Positions 17,689 to 31,269 of a DNA stretch of 64,000 nucleotides are shown here, piece by piece. Position 1 is the stretch's first letter, and each line of letters opens with the position of its first letter. This stretch comes from Cycas panzhihuaensis (taxonomy: Eukaryota; Plantae; Cycadophyta): contig CM041465.1 in assembly GCA_023213395.1 (NCBI GenBank), forward strand, positions 104,167,741 to 104,231,740, in the 5' to 3' direction. The notes under the pieces were generated by a model, which worked only from the letters and a program-made list of their open reading frames with translations, was not told the DNA's origin and made no database searches. The position numbers were made by a program, and so were the translations under genes.

Positions 17689-18921
17689 AGGGATATGAAA
17701 TGATAACTCAAGATAAAATCACTAAATAATTAGAAGGTGTGGGAATTGATGAACATCAAAAGGAACTAAGGCAAGCATAAGAATCTAACTGGAATGATGA
17801 AACCTTGTATTCTTCGAGAGTGGCTACTAACAAAGATCAATAAATCTCCTCTAAAATCCACCTAAAGCAAAAAAGCCTTACCAAGTGGGATTTAATCATG
17901 ATTAAGACATTGGTGGGTCCAAATGGTCAGATCTAAACATCCCAAAATAGCCTGCATGATTAGACCCAAGCTACATATCATAAATGAGGATGAGGCTATC
18001 ACACAACCTACCGTGGGAACCAAGTAGGCAGTGGCGATTATCCCTCTACTTGAAGCATACCCATATATATAATTTTTTTTTTTGGGTAGCTTGAAGAAGG
18101 GATATATATATAAAAGCCCAAGTGGTGTGAGGTGGATGTGATGGTAGGCCAAACCATGAAGAAACTATGAGGAACATCATGGTAGTAATTTTAATAGAAT
18201 GGACATGACCCCATAAATTTTAGATGAAGAAGTTGAATCGCAGGATGAATGGGCAAGTCATGTGACAGTCTCGAGCATCAAGAGTGGGACATGTATGGAT
18301 CGGGGTCCTCCAGCAGGTGACTGAAGAGGACTGAGGCACTTACTACTACTATAGACATATAAGACTCTCTCTTGGTAACCCTAGTTCAAGTCATGCATAT
18401 ACCTAATAAAACACAAATGAAACCATAACAAGTAGAAAAGTATGCAAACTGGTGAAAATATCATAAGAAAGAAAGCAAACAAGGAGTTACAAGGGTGCTT
18501 AAAACTTAAGAATAAGAATAAACAAGTAGCTGAATGGGACTTGGGGCTGACAACATGGTCTGGATAGTAAAAAAGGCTACCAAAGTATCAGGTAAAAAGC
18601 ACAAGAATATCAAGAGAATTAAATAGTAATGTAGGTAATGAGAAATAAGATATGGGAGATCAAATAATATCTTACAAACATATGGCCTACATGGGTGGTG
18701 AATCAAGAATCGAGAGGAAAAATAGATCCCATGGACTATAAACACCTATAGGGGATTAGGTAGGCACCTTGGTAGGGTAGAAAGGTTCACCCCAAGGAGA
18801 AGGAGGGGTGCTACTAAAATTAAGAAAATGGCAACAAAAAAGGTGATCAGGTACAAAAAGGCCTTTAGCCAAATGAGGGATGAGAAGGAGGTCCCTAGAA
18901 GTAGTAAAGGAGAGGGGTCCT

Positions 18922-18963
18922 CTATATATAATGAGTTTCTTAAGAAGTTGGAATTCATTTTCA
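18922..18963 (+). promoter_or_regulatory. Candidate TATA box and initiator for the antisense PMD gene of D
   Basis: ctatatataa followed by attcattttca ~30 nt after the TATA start; the same arrangement is conserved in E (43733-43772, minus). Confidence 0.55.
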
Positions 18964-19576
18964 TGATCACTCATTGGAATTTGGAAGAAAGAACCCTCTA
19001 CATATATTTTTTCCTTCATATTTGTGAGCTTATTATGGGAGATCTGACCATCAAATCAATAAGTAGGAGGAGCCGTAGGGACTATAGGTCAGAGATAGCT
19101 CTAGTGCACCCAGACCCCATAGGTGGGCGCTAGTCATTTTTATTATTTTTTCTATTTTTTGTTGACATGTATTTTAGTAGTTAGGTTATGCCTAAGTAGG
19201 TAAAATAGGGCCAAACAAGGCCCATTTAGGGCCCCATTCTAGACTGGGCTAGGATATCTTGGTGCTATAGCCCTAATGGGCTAAGCATCAACCATGGAAT
19301 TTTTATTTTATTTTATTTTATAGATTTATCATTTTAAGGTGGGTTTGTAGCATACCACTACAAATGTCATGGTACCACAGATATCATAGCGATACTGTAA
19401 ACATTACTAGATCATACTACATCACAATGTACAACACTATAAATATATTTGTAGTATCACAAATATATTCATAATATAGAGATAGAAAAAGAAAAGTTAT
19501 TATTATTATTTTTTTGTTAATTATTTACTATGATTTCAGAAGTTCTAATGCAATAATTTTCATGATACAAGTTATT

Positions 19577-21210
19577 ATGGCAGTTGATAGCCATGAGAAT
19601 ATCGAAACATCTATGTTCTGGCTAGCGAAGATACTAAATGCATAGGATAGGGAGGTCCTGTAGAGGTGTGGGTTATTATGAGTTATGATGAAACACTAGT
19701 ACGCGCTTGATCACGCACTTCTGGTTGACATTATATCATATTGGGACCACATGAGGTAGGTTTTCTGCTTGCCTTTAATAGTAGATATCACGATCATGCC
19801 CCAGGATGTGATGAGGATACTAAGGGTGCTAATGAGAGGGGTGCCTCCTGAGCTGGGGGTATTACTAAGAATAGAAGAGGCTGATCAAGTAGCTACTTGA
19901 TTCTTCTATATCTGACCGAGGGCACTGAAACAGAAGTGGCAGCTTAGTAAGAAAGATATTCATGATAGGGATTCCTCATCTGAGGAAGTTAATCACCTAT
20001 ATGATTCTATTCTATATATCTCAGAGATAGAACTATTAGGAGATACCTAGAAGCTAGATGGATGCCATTTATAGGTGCAAGGTAGGAGAGAGGATGGACT
20101 AGGTAGCACTTATGGCTGTAAACATAAGGGCTCATCTAGATGGTATTAGAGCAATGGTCGAGGAGGGTTTTCCTACTGCTCCATCCTACTATGCTAGTTT
20201 TTTTATCATTTCTAAGTGGTAGGGCCAATTACATGACCAAAACTAGTGGCCCTAAGTGGGCTACTTCTCCATAGATGACCTTCCTGATTTTGTAGCTTGG
20301 GGGAGCTAGAGTAAGTATGTCGATCAATGGATGTAACTTCCTTATAGCTTTTAACACCAGATGACTATGTCAAGCATCCTTATCAGGGTGTCCATTAGGA
20401 CAATGATGAGGAGGGTGATAAGGATATCACTAGGTAGGTTGTGGAGGCTAGGGATTAGGGCAGAGATGGTGAGGAGGCCATTGATAGGGATGAGGAAGAC
20501 TCTAAGAATAAGGGAGGTGACTAGGAGGCTCTAATTGCACTAAAGGGGATCCCACCATAAGGTATATTTGCTTCATGTTATTTTGTTTTTAGCTCATCTT
20601 TAGCTACTTCAGATTATTTTGATTATGTATACCTAGTTGCTAATATGTGGGATTATTTATTTGTAGGTGATGAGATCACATAGAGGTGGTTGCCAGAGTG
20701 GTTGTTGATCTATTCCTAATAGTCTATACAAAGAGTTAGCCTCCTATCATAGATAGCAAAGAGCCAGTATCAGCTCATGCTCATATAATAGTATTTGCTC
20801 CCTTACTTCAAGTGAGGGAGATATGGGTGGTAGAGACACATGAGATCAAGTGTACAAGCTAGAGGTGTAGGGAGCAAAGATGGCACTACTTATGGTAGTA
20901 ACACCCCAACAGATGGCTCTTAGAGCTAAGGTACATGTTGTCATTTTAGAGGTATGGCTTGTGAAGATCTAGAGAGAGCGAGATTAACTCTAATCAAGAT
21001 ACAATTAGCTAGTAGATCATATGGCATCATGATCCTTGAGTTCACATACCGCTATGACATTGCAAGGATGACTGAGGGATGAGAGCCATGCTTAGGATGA
21101 GGGGAGTGAGATCAAGCCATCACATTAACTGAGGAGGAGTTTAGGGGGTACATGGGCCCCACCAGAGCGGAGGAGGGACCAGTAGAGGGACAACACCCCT
21201 AAGTGTATGA
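19577..21210 (+). pseudogene. Antisense plant mobile domain (PMD, aminotransferase-like, PF10536-type) gene of D with acidic linker and probable coiled-coil C-terminus
   Basis: YALDHALLVDIISYWDHMR*VFCLPLIVDITIMPQDVMRILRVLMRG matches the PMD core (LLxxLxxxW...FHLP.GExTxTxxDVxxILGxPxxG). Homologous to E 41180-43086. Putative intron 20562-20666 (GT..AG). Confidence 0.8.
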
Positions 21211-21710
21211 GAGGAGGGATATGGATTATATTTTGTATGATAGAGGAGAGTTGGCCCTCTAGGGGCACAGAGTTTGTATATATGATTGTATACCCTTGTA
21301 AGGATCCCAACCTCCTTATGGGATGTTATGTCCCCATCTACTTTGTACTCTTTTACTTTTGTATATATAGATATTTACAAGGACAATTTGGTACCCCCAT
21401 CATTTACTGTGTATCTCTTGTATACTTATTTTGTGGATGTGTTCTCTATGTGTTATATCACTCTCGTGTGTATATGTACTTTGCTCGAGTATGCTTATTT
21501 TGACATAATTTCATGTATATGGCATCATAGCTCACACACTAAACATGCACCCATAGTCCACATGAAATGATATTATATAATTAAAATCTAGTTTATACTC
21601 ATAGGGGAGTCTGATGCCTTCTCATTATAGGGTTATCGTCACCATCATGTAGGAATGACAGAAAAGGGGCCTTAGTGAGGTGACCTGCATCAATACGATG
21701 CCTAAGGCAA

Positions 21711-21960
21711 GGATAGTTTAGGCTCATTTCAGAGTGATGAGGGAAGGGAAATAATTTGGTGCCATGCCTCCTTGTAGGGGGGGTGGTGTGGCAGAGGCCT
21801 GACCTTGTTCGGATGGATAGTTTAGGCTTATTTTAGAGTAAGTTGGTAGTTTAGGCTCATTTCAGAGTAGGTTGGTAGTTAGGCTTGTATTGAAGCAAGT
21901 TGGTAGTTAAGGCTCGTACTAGAGTAAGTTGGCAGTTTAGGCTAATACTAAAGTAAGTTA
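21711..21960. repeat. Tandem array of ~29-bp units downstream of the D integrase
   Basis: About 5 adjacent degenerate copies of ggtagtttaggctcatttcagagtaagtt (21815-21960) plus one copy at 21711. Confidence 0.85.
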
Positions 21961-21995
21961 ATGTGGTTGCCCCCCTATATTGGAGGGCCAAGAGG

Positions 21996-24900
21996 TTAGC
22001 TATAAAACCTCTTGAGAAATTGACTGTTGACAGCCTTCTCAAACTCAAGGCCTTCCAAGGTAGTAATCTGGTACATGTTGTTGTTTAGTGTATCGATGAC
22101 TACAAAGGGGCCTATCTATTTTGGACCAAATTTTGAGAGGTAGTCATGCAATTACTCTAGTTTGAGGACTTGATCCCTAGGTACTAAAGGTTATGGGTGA
22201 AGATGTTAATCATGTATATTTTGGGATTTGGCCTTGGACACAAAATTTGTTTGATATGTAATGTGGTATTTTTTATCCAATGCCTCAAGGTCAAGAAGAT
22301 GGGCTTAACGTCACCACTCTTTATCAACAAAGTCCTTAAGAGAGACTCGTAAGGAGGAAATCTTGACTATAAGAGAGAGGACTACCTCTGACCCATAAAA
22401 CAAAGAGAATATTGGTGTCTCTCCTGATGGACATGCAATAGGCCCATAATATAGGATGGAGCTGGAGGTGCCAATCCCTTTGGGATTGGGCAACATTCTT
22501 CTTAAGAATAGTAATCAAGGTCTTATTGAGGGCCTTGATTTGGCCATTAACTTGGGGATAGTAAGGGGATGAGGTATTGTGAGAGATTTTAAACTTTTCA
22601 CATAGCTCATCTATTTCTTTATTGTAAAAGAGAGCCCTATTATCTATAATGATGATGTCAAGAACTCTAAAGCGACAAATGATATTTTGAAAAATGAAAG
22701 TGGTGATCATCTTGCATGTTGTTAAAGATAGAGGGATGGCCTTAATCCATTTGGTAAAGTATTCTATTGTCATCAGAATAAACTTATGATAGGTTGAGGA
22801 AGGAGGAGTTATAGCCCCGATAAGGTTGAATCCCTATTGAGAAAATGGCCATGGCAACATAATGCATGTAATGCTTTAGATAGTTGGTGTATAACATTAG
22901 CATGCTCTTAACATTTGCAACAATGCTGAATATAGGTGTGAGTATCTTTGAACAATATCAACTAATAGTAACCTTGGCATAATATTCATTAGGCCATAGA
23001 TTGGCCACTGAAATGTCCTCCACAGATGCTATCCTGGTATTTGTAGAGGACTTGATCTATCTCTCCCAAGGCAATGCATTAAAGGAGAACATCATCAAAT
23101 AAACACTTGTATAACATGTCTTGGATGAGGAAATATTGGCAAGTTGAAGCCCTAGCATGATGCTTGATTTTATCAGTAGTGTTGGTACGGTACTTTTGTT
23201 ATGCCAAATAATTGATAATGTTACCATACCATTTACTATTGGCTAAGGGGTGTGGGTCGACCTCTTGGAGGGCTAGGATCGATTCATTGGGCAAAGAATT
23301 ATTAATTAGGATCTTTGATGGATTGGAAATCAACACGCATGCCAGTTGTTTGGCCATGATCATGCCCTTCTTAGATTTACAATTGATGACTTTAAGATTG
23401 TATTCTTGGAGAAGAAGGGCCCACTTGCCCGTTCTCCCCGTCAAATCAAATTGCATCATTAAATAGCATAGCAGGTTTGACTAGACTATCACATGTGTTA
23501 TATTTCCAAGGAGGTAGTGACAGAGATTCTTGGTGGAAAAAACCAAATATAAGCATTCTTTTTTAGTCAGGGGATAATTTAGTTCATCTGCTATTAAGAT
23601 GTGACTTGTAAAATAGACGACTTGCTCAACCTTGGAATTGTCTTCTTGGGCCAACATGGCACCAACGAACTTGTTAGTTGATGAGGCGTAAAGAATGAAG
23701 GGTTGATCAAATAGAGGAGGTGCTAAGATGGGGATTGTGATAAGGGATTGTAAGTTAAAGGAATGTCACTTGAGTCTTAGGAGTCCACACAAACGGGGTC
23801 CCCTTCTTAAGCGGATTAGTTAGGGGTTTCACGTAGATAACAAAATCTGTAAGAAATTACTATAAGAGATAAGGTGGCTCAAGAATGACTTGATTTGGCA
23901 CTAGGTCTTAGGTAGTTTCATCTTGATTATGGCCTTAAGCTTGTCTGGGTCAACTTTAATTCCTTCTTGGGATATGAGGAACCCTAACAATTTGCCAATC
24001 GTTATTGCAAAAATACATTTAAGTAGGTTTAGGCTGATATGATACTTGTAACATCAAGAGAAGATCTTTCTCAAGTCAGTAGGGTGATCATCCTCTTGTG
24101 AGATAGACCTATGAGATCATCCAAAAAGACCTCTAGAATGTTGTTAATAAGGTCATGGAAAATATACTACATGGCTCTTTGGTAAGTCATCCCAACATTC
24201 TTCAAACCGAATGACATAGTCTTATAAGCAAACGTACCCCACAGAGTAGTGAGAGTCATTTTGTGGTGGTCCTCTAGAGATATCTAGATTTGATTATATC
24301 CAAAAAAGTTGTCCATCAAAGACATAACTTCAAACCTAGTGGTGTGTTTGATAATTTGATGGATGAATGGTAATGGAAAATTATCCTTGGGACACACATT
24401 ATTGATGCCCTGAAAGTTGATGCAGATCCTAATCATCACATTTTTCTTTACAAGTGAGATAATATTTGACACCCATTTAGGGTAATCAATGGAAGTGATA
24501 AGGGTTGTGATATGCAACTTTTCCACTTCTATTTTGATGATGATAGACAGTTTCAGGTGTAGTAGGTGCTACTTTTACTTAATTGGGCAGACACCTAAGA
24601 TTGTAGTAAGGTTGTGTGTGACAATCTTGAGGTCAATGCCCTTTATATTGGAATAATCCCAAGAAAATATGTCATGGAATTCACAAAATAACTCCATGTA
24701 CTCCTTAACTTCTTAGGGTGAACATTCAGCCCCTATCTTCATGATTTGTTTAAGGGTAAGGATAATATCCTTAGTCACTCCTATACATATTACATTTCCC
24801 TCTTTAAAGCGAGGATGGGCTTGGTCTATAGATGGCTCAAGAAATATGGTTATCCCATTAGGGTTGGCCAATGGGGAGCCAATAACCAAGCACTTCCAAA

Positions 24901-27900
24901 AGCCTAGCTTATGATTCTTGCCAAGTAGGTTAGGTGAAGATCCTACTAAATGCTCATGTAAAGCTTTGCTATTCTCAAATCAATCAATCCCATGGATTAT
25001 TTTACTTAAAGGGATTTACAATATTTATAGGGGGGTGATAGGTTGGTAGCAGTCACACAACCAATCAAAGTAGCATGCCAATTCTTCTAATGAGTTCCAG
25101 TATGCATGCATGATCAACCCTTCTGTAGGTTGTAGGAGAGGGGGTGGAGATGGTTCTAGATCACAAATAATTAATTTGTTGTGCAAAAAAGACAAGTTAA
25201 ATTCATTGTTATCATTGCAAGTTAGCAATGAGGAGTTGGCATTTCACAAGTGGTATCCCAGAGTATGTTGGGTTTCAACATACCTAAGCAAATTGATTGT
25301 ATGTGATAAGTGGGATGGGACGGAGGATGGATCTATCACTTGATTAGGTGACCCATGTTGGCTACCCCAAGGGATTACCCCTTGGAAGGTTGCTTGGATA
25401 GAGGGGGGAGTAGCGTACCCCCTTGTCATATCTTTATAGGCATGGGAGTCTGCATGATCAAGATGGTGGTTCATTTTCATTTGAGGGGAATGGAAGGCCA
25501 ACCACAATCTCAAATAGGGGGATTCTTATGTGGGTGGGGGAGGGGGAGTTGATATTTGGGATGATTATTGGTCATACATATTTGAGCTAAAAGAGGGAGG
25601 TGTGTCGAAATGCAGCATTCTTTCCCTTATTATATTAAAGAAACTGACTCGGTGTGGTGGTTCCTCATATTCATTATCATATTCTTTGTCACTAAGGACT
25701 ACTAAATAACCATAACTCCTAATGCCTATAGGGGCAAAATGGACCAATCCTAGAGGAGGTGAAAGAATTCATCCTCCTTGGGTAGGTGCTTCATCATTGA
25801 AGAAACCCACAGTGGATGCATCTAATAGTTCATCTCACTCATCTGCCACCCTAAAAATTATTGGGCATGGCTAATGAGAGGGGTGATTTAGGGGTGGTTC
25901 ATGCATAATAACTCTAACTTGCCCTTGATGGGTAAATTTGAGTTGTCTCCACCTTGATGAACACATGACTCCCATTTGGTCGAGCCATGGTCAACCTTAC
26001 AAAAGGTTGTAATCAACACCAATGTCCAAAACAACTATGTCAATCTTGTCTTCCAAGGTCGGGGGGAGCCTGACCGTTCCCAAGGGAGCCTTTTCACTCC
26101 CGTCATACCCTTAGCACCTCTAAGGAACTAGCTCAAGGGATTTGATACCCAACTTCTCAAGCATGTGAATATGCATCACATTAACCGAGGGCCTGTTGTC
26201 CATAATGGTCCTCTTCAAAGAAAATTTAAGGGTCTCAATCGTGATGGTAAATAAATAATGCTAATATAATTGCCTATCCTTGGTCGGGGGAGGTTACGTA
26301 GGTCAAACATAATGGGGTTGGATCCATGTAAGGAGGAGGTGATAACTGAATGGATTGGGGCTTTGTTAAACCCAAAGGTTTCCAATAAGAGTTCCCTTTG
26401 ATTAGGGCAACTCTTCAACACATTCATCATAGACATTCTAATTGAAATAGTGTGGAGCTCCTCAATGATAAAGAAAGTTTTCTCCTTGCTAGTGGGTTGG
26501 GGAAGAGCACACCTAAAGTCATGGTGTCCTAATTGAATTGGAATGGTCTTAGGAACAATGAGGGTCTCTATGGGTAAAGAGTCCCCTTGAGGGGGTGTTG
26601 AGGGGTGGAGGCCTCACCAATATCCTTGGTGGCTTGGGACCATATAACATGATATACCTGAGTAGTCTCAAGAAGTTGGATGATCCTCTTACCCTTATTC
26701 TTGGGTTAAGAGGATGTGGTAGATTGAGTATTTGGGGTTGATAGGGAGGCACCATCTCCAAGTTCCTTCCCCTTTGACTAATCTATAGGAGGCATTTGCA
26801 TTGGCCTCCTATTCCTAGTCCTCCTACCTTGTTGTTGAGTGGGTTAGTCCTACTCTTCGTGATTTGGAAATGGATCTTGGTGTATGGGTTACTCGAGGTT
26901 CTGTTTAAATGCACCTTGATGAGGGGGGTCACATGAGGTGCTAACTCAGGGTGTTGCATCCAACACTTAGAATCATCATGCGTACACTCCCTATGGACTA
27001 AACACTATTTCTTTTTAGGTGGTAGCCTCATCCTCTTTTCTTATGGTGCTTAGATTAACTCATTCTTGGGAGGTAGAGTCTAGGCAGTTTGATGAACCTG
27101 CCTATATCTAATTTGGGGTTGATGTGGCTTAGGTAAGGATTGAGAAGATTGTAACTTCAAGTCTTGTATCATCTACTCAAATAAGCACACAACTAAAGTT
27201 AACAGGTCTAGGGTCTTATCGATTGTGCCAACTAAAGGTCTAGATGACTATTGTTGTTGCCCCTTATTATCGCATGGGGAAGGTGGTGCTTCACGATGTT
27301 GTGAGTTCTTTGTGACCTTCTTAAGGCTAGCTTAGATCTCAATAGATTCTAAAGCTAAGAATTTAGCTATGGATGACTCACAAGTAGTTACTCCCATTTT
27401 TAGGACCTCGATGTATACCACAGGGCATAATACATTTATAAAAATATCCCTTGTTAGCTCTTCTAGCAATGGAGCCTTGGAAGAGTGAAGAAGGTCATGA
27501 AATTGACAAACAAAATCATAAGTTAGTTCTTCTTAGCCTCACTTTAAAGAAAGCAAAGCCTTGACCCTACTTTTGAAGGGTCAAACCACATCAAAATAGT
27601 TGATGAAAGCATCAACTAATTGTTGGAAAGTAGAGATTGAATATGATAGGAGTCTAAAACCACTTCAAGGTGTTGCCTTAAAGTGAGTAGAGGAAGAGTT
27701 TTATTAATATGGGATTATAGGACCAATAGTTGATACACACCATGGAAAAAACCCTAATATGATCGATTGGGTCCTAAGATGAAATGCCATCAAATTTTGG
27801 CACTTCAAGAGGATGTGGGGGTAGGTTGATTTATAAATCCCTCATAGAAAGGGGGCTTGATCTATAATCTACAAATAGATATGTTCCCGGTTGCACTAGT

Positions 27901-28429
27901 CAGTCAACAAGGGCATGAGTAGGTGCCCCATAGGGGTACCCATTATCTACATAGGGTGAATAAGTAGGATATGAGTAAGGTGGGTAACCTTAGTGGTAAG
28001 GCGGGTAGGATAGAGGAGTGTGTGTGGCCCCTCCTAATTGGTGTGAAGATGGGGGAGGTCCCCCATGCAGGTAAAGTCTATAAGGAGGGGGTCGAGGATG
28101 TCTTAATCCACTCCTTAGGCATCGAATATAAGGGGGTTGCGTGCCATAAGAGGCACCAAAAGAAGTGGAAGAGTAAGAAGTGGAATGTAGAAGGGTAGGA
28201 TGTCCCCCCTAGGGATGATACACATGTTAAGGTAGGGGAATTGATTAGGATGGAGGGGGTAATGGGTTTTACCTGAATGTCCCTCTTATAAGAGGAGCTA
28301 TGCCATACTGGTGAAGGGGGTCAACTCCATAGGTAGGGAGGGGGTTAGAACCCCTATGCCCTCAAGATAGGGATGTGTATCTTGAGGGAACATATAAAGA
28401 GGGGTTCACTGAATTTAGACATAGACAGG
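21996..28429 (-). pseudogene. D gag-pol pseudogene (gag core, protease, RT, RH, INT); N-terminal part continues at 47589-~48230
   Basis: Gag EVPKFDGISS*DPIDHIRVF; protease IMDNRPSVNVM; RT YPKWVSNI..CPKDNFPLPFI..EVFLDDL; RH; INT IEYFTKWIKAIPL, SSPYYPQVNGQ; C-terminus EFEKAVNSQFLKRFYS*. Confidence 0.93.
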
Positions 28430-30966
28430 TGTTTCCCAGATACTGGGAATAGACTTGAGACGCATTGACCTAGGTATGTTCAGGTATACATTCTCACTTC
28501 TCCCTGCTAAGGCTTAATTGAGATTATTTAGTGTAGACTACTTGACATATGCCTGCCTGCATGCATTGCCTCTCTGCCTGATCATATTGCATGTGCTTAC
28601 AGCACACTATCAGCCTATGACGACTCACAATGGGGGCATTCCTCAGCGAATGCTACACCTCATATGGCGCACAGCCACCCACATCGTCTCCACAACCTCT
28701 CAGGATGTTTCGGTCAGTCATGTTTGTCCATGTTACGACATTTTACTCAAGTTGCAGTCTCCTCCAAGCTTAGTTAATCCCTTAGTTGAAACTCACTTTA
28801 CTGTTCTAGCTACTTGCCCATCATCTAGATGTTTCCCCCTACTGTTTTAGGCTTAATTTACCCTTAATAATAGTTCCAAAACCTTTATTTCTGCTGATTG
28901 TATCTTTTTTTTGTTGCCAGTCTAGTACCACTGCAAACTCGGTGAATGCATGATTTTCTTGGTACCGCTAGGTTCTTGCGTGATCTGTTGTTTGAATTTC
29001 AAAAAAGAAAACCCCGCGATAATTTCTGCTTTTTTCATGGAACTACCATGTGGCTCCTGTCGATTAGCGTCGCCCTAACATCCCCAACATTCACCTGCAG
29101 TGAACAGGGGATAAAGGGGGATTTTCCTCCTTATTTTGGGATCTTTTGCCTATTTTTCTAACTTTTCTACTAAATTTACATAGAAAGACATACACTACAT
29201 TGACAGAAACCTACCACAAGGAAGAGGACACTACTACAAGCTGGATTTTCAGGGACCATTATTACCCCCCATAGCTCTCAACAATAGGCTCCACATCTTC
29301 TTGCAAGTGATCAAGGTTTCAAGGAAGATTTCTGCCAAAAGCTCCTCAAAAGGACTAACTACCAAGGTTCCAAGCTTACAAAGATATTTCCACATTTTAC
29401 TCTTGCAAAAACCTTCCATTATTATCCATCATATATTAGTTATTTTTGCTGTTTCCTAATAGCAAACTTATGTTTGGTTCTTCCCCCAATAAGGTACTCT
29501 TTACTCTTACTTGCAATTTGTGTTGTTCTTGTTTCTTTTATGTTTTGGTGAATAAATTTCTAGTTTGTGTAGCTTTATGTTGTTGCACTTAATTAGCACC
29601 ACTTCCTTTTTCTTTTGAGACATTACTATTTTCCCAAATCATCCCTCTCAACCCATTCCTAGTTGGCTATTGCAAAGGGGCAACATAAAGAGGATTTGAG
29701 GGAGGTAGGCGGGGTTCCGTCCCCCTTGCTATCCTTCTCCTCAAGGGTTCCATCCCTTGTTCTCTTTCCCTTTGCCGCCAGAGCCTTCTTGGGAATCGGG
29801 TTAAGGGATTTTGGGGAATTCAGTTTCGGAGCTAAAACCAGCGTTGGCAACCCGTTGCCATGTCGGTTCTAGAAATTCCATCCGTTGGTGTTGGGCCTTG
29901 CCTAAGCCCCAAACCTCTCCATTGCTCTCTTCTTTTTTACCATTTGCTATCCCATGACCTTGTTGTGAGCCTGTTCCTCCTTTCTGAGTTCTGTGGAGAC
30001 TCTTTATAGGTGAGTTAGCCATTCCAAGGCTATACTCTTTTCCTTTTTGGGTGTGCTTATGGTGTACATTAGCAGGAGATTTTATTGTATGTTGTCATTT
30101 TACTTTGCTACATATTAATGCTTAGCATAGATTTACGTAGTTCCATTTGATTTATAGTACCTATATTCGGTATATTTTGTGGCCCCTCTTCCGTGAGGGA
30201 GGTACTCTCCTAACTTGCTTGCAGGATCTTGCATTGGTAAAGCTGCGCGTGGAACGAAACCCAGTACAGGTTAGTTCTACGTTTAGTGCGTTCCTTGTTC
30301 TTTCACACTTTTTTGCTTCTTTTCTACTTTTTTTGCTTTTGCATATTTATGGGGAGGTAAGTTAGCCCTCTTCGGTTACTTACGGCAACTATTGCCAACC
30401 GGCATCGCATGCATAACGAGTGGAGTAGAAAGGAGCGGGAGCTAAAGGGACAAGCAACACTCCACTCGGGCATCAGATCCAGGTATTCTTCTTATTCCCT
30501 ACATATCTCTTTTACACCGTTGTCTTTTATACATATGCTTGTATAGTTAGGAACGTATAAAGAATTAAAAATGAAAAATGAATGTGTGTTGCTTTACATC
30601 ATTTCATCCATTGGTTAGCTTAGCTTAGCTAGATTATTTACATTGTGTTAGAGCTTCATGTATTGTACCCTCTTTTTGCCTACACTTAGATATATTTACT
30701 TGCCTTTCCCTCTTGTTGCCTTCTCATTTCCTTGAGAAGATGCAATGCGCTAGGCGCTTTCTCCTCTTCCCAGCCATCCGAGGGGTATGAAGGCCTCTCT
30801 TTACACAGCTACCTGGAAGCAACCAGACACCTCTGCAGTCCTGAATCTGCACTCTAGTGCATGGACACCCTGCGAGGTGAAGTCCTTACTGTTTAGTTTA
30901 ATTAGTTTTACACCTTTCATCTCCTTTTGCTAGACGTAGGGACACCACCCTGCAGCAAGTATTTCA
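28430..30966 (+). repeat. 5' LTR of E (~2.5 kb)
   Basis: tgtttcccag...atttca, colinear with 45080-47583. Confidence 0.95.
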
Positions 30967-30967
30967 C

Positions 30968-30986
30968 TAGAGACCATACTGGGGAC
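30968..30986 (+). promoter_or_regulatory. Primer binding site of E (decayed Tat/Ogre tRNA-Arg type)
   Basis: tagagaccatactggggac, resembling TGGCGACxxxxCTGGGGA, 1 nt after the LTR. D has the homologous tagtgaccatactgggaac on the minus strand. Confidence 0.75.
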
Positions 30987-31269
30987 TGCCAGTAAGGGAA
31001 CTAGTTTCGCTTCCCTTTTTCATTGGTGTTCTTGCCTTTAGGTAGTCTTCTTACTCTGCATTTCAGTTGGGCAGCCCCCAACATACTTATTTCATTTTCC
31101 TCTTTTTGCTTTTTTCTAACAATGCTCATAAAGGCGTTGCATGTGACGTTTCTCACGTCGCTTGCGAGGTCTGCCGCCGTTGTTAGAAGACCCATCATCT
31201 CATTCCCTTCTGTCGTTGAATCTCGATTCGACAATAGAAGGTTACTAGTCTGATTGGGCTTATCATACC

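Noticed and set aside
21815-21960. CRISPR-like ~29-bp repeats
   Set aside because: Head-to-tail degenerate units with no unique spacers, no cas genes, and a eukaryotic retroelement context.
28518-30365. Recurrent short ORFs in E/F LTRs (e.g. MRLFSVDYL…, MANSP…) as an env-like or extra gene
   Set aside because: They recur only because the LTRs are repeats. Stop positions vary between copies and no domain is recognisable.
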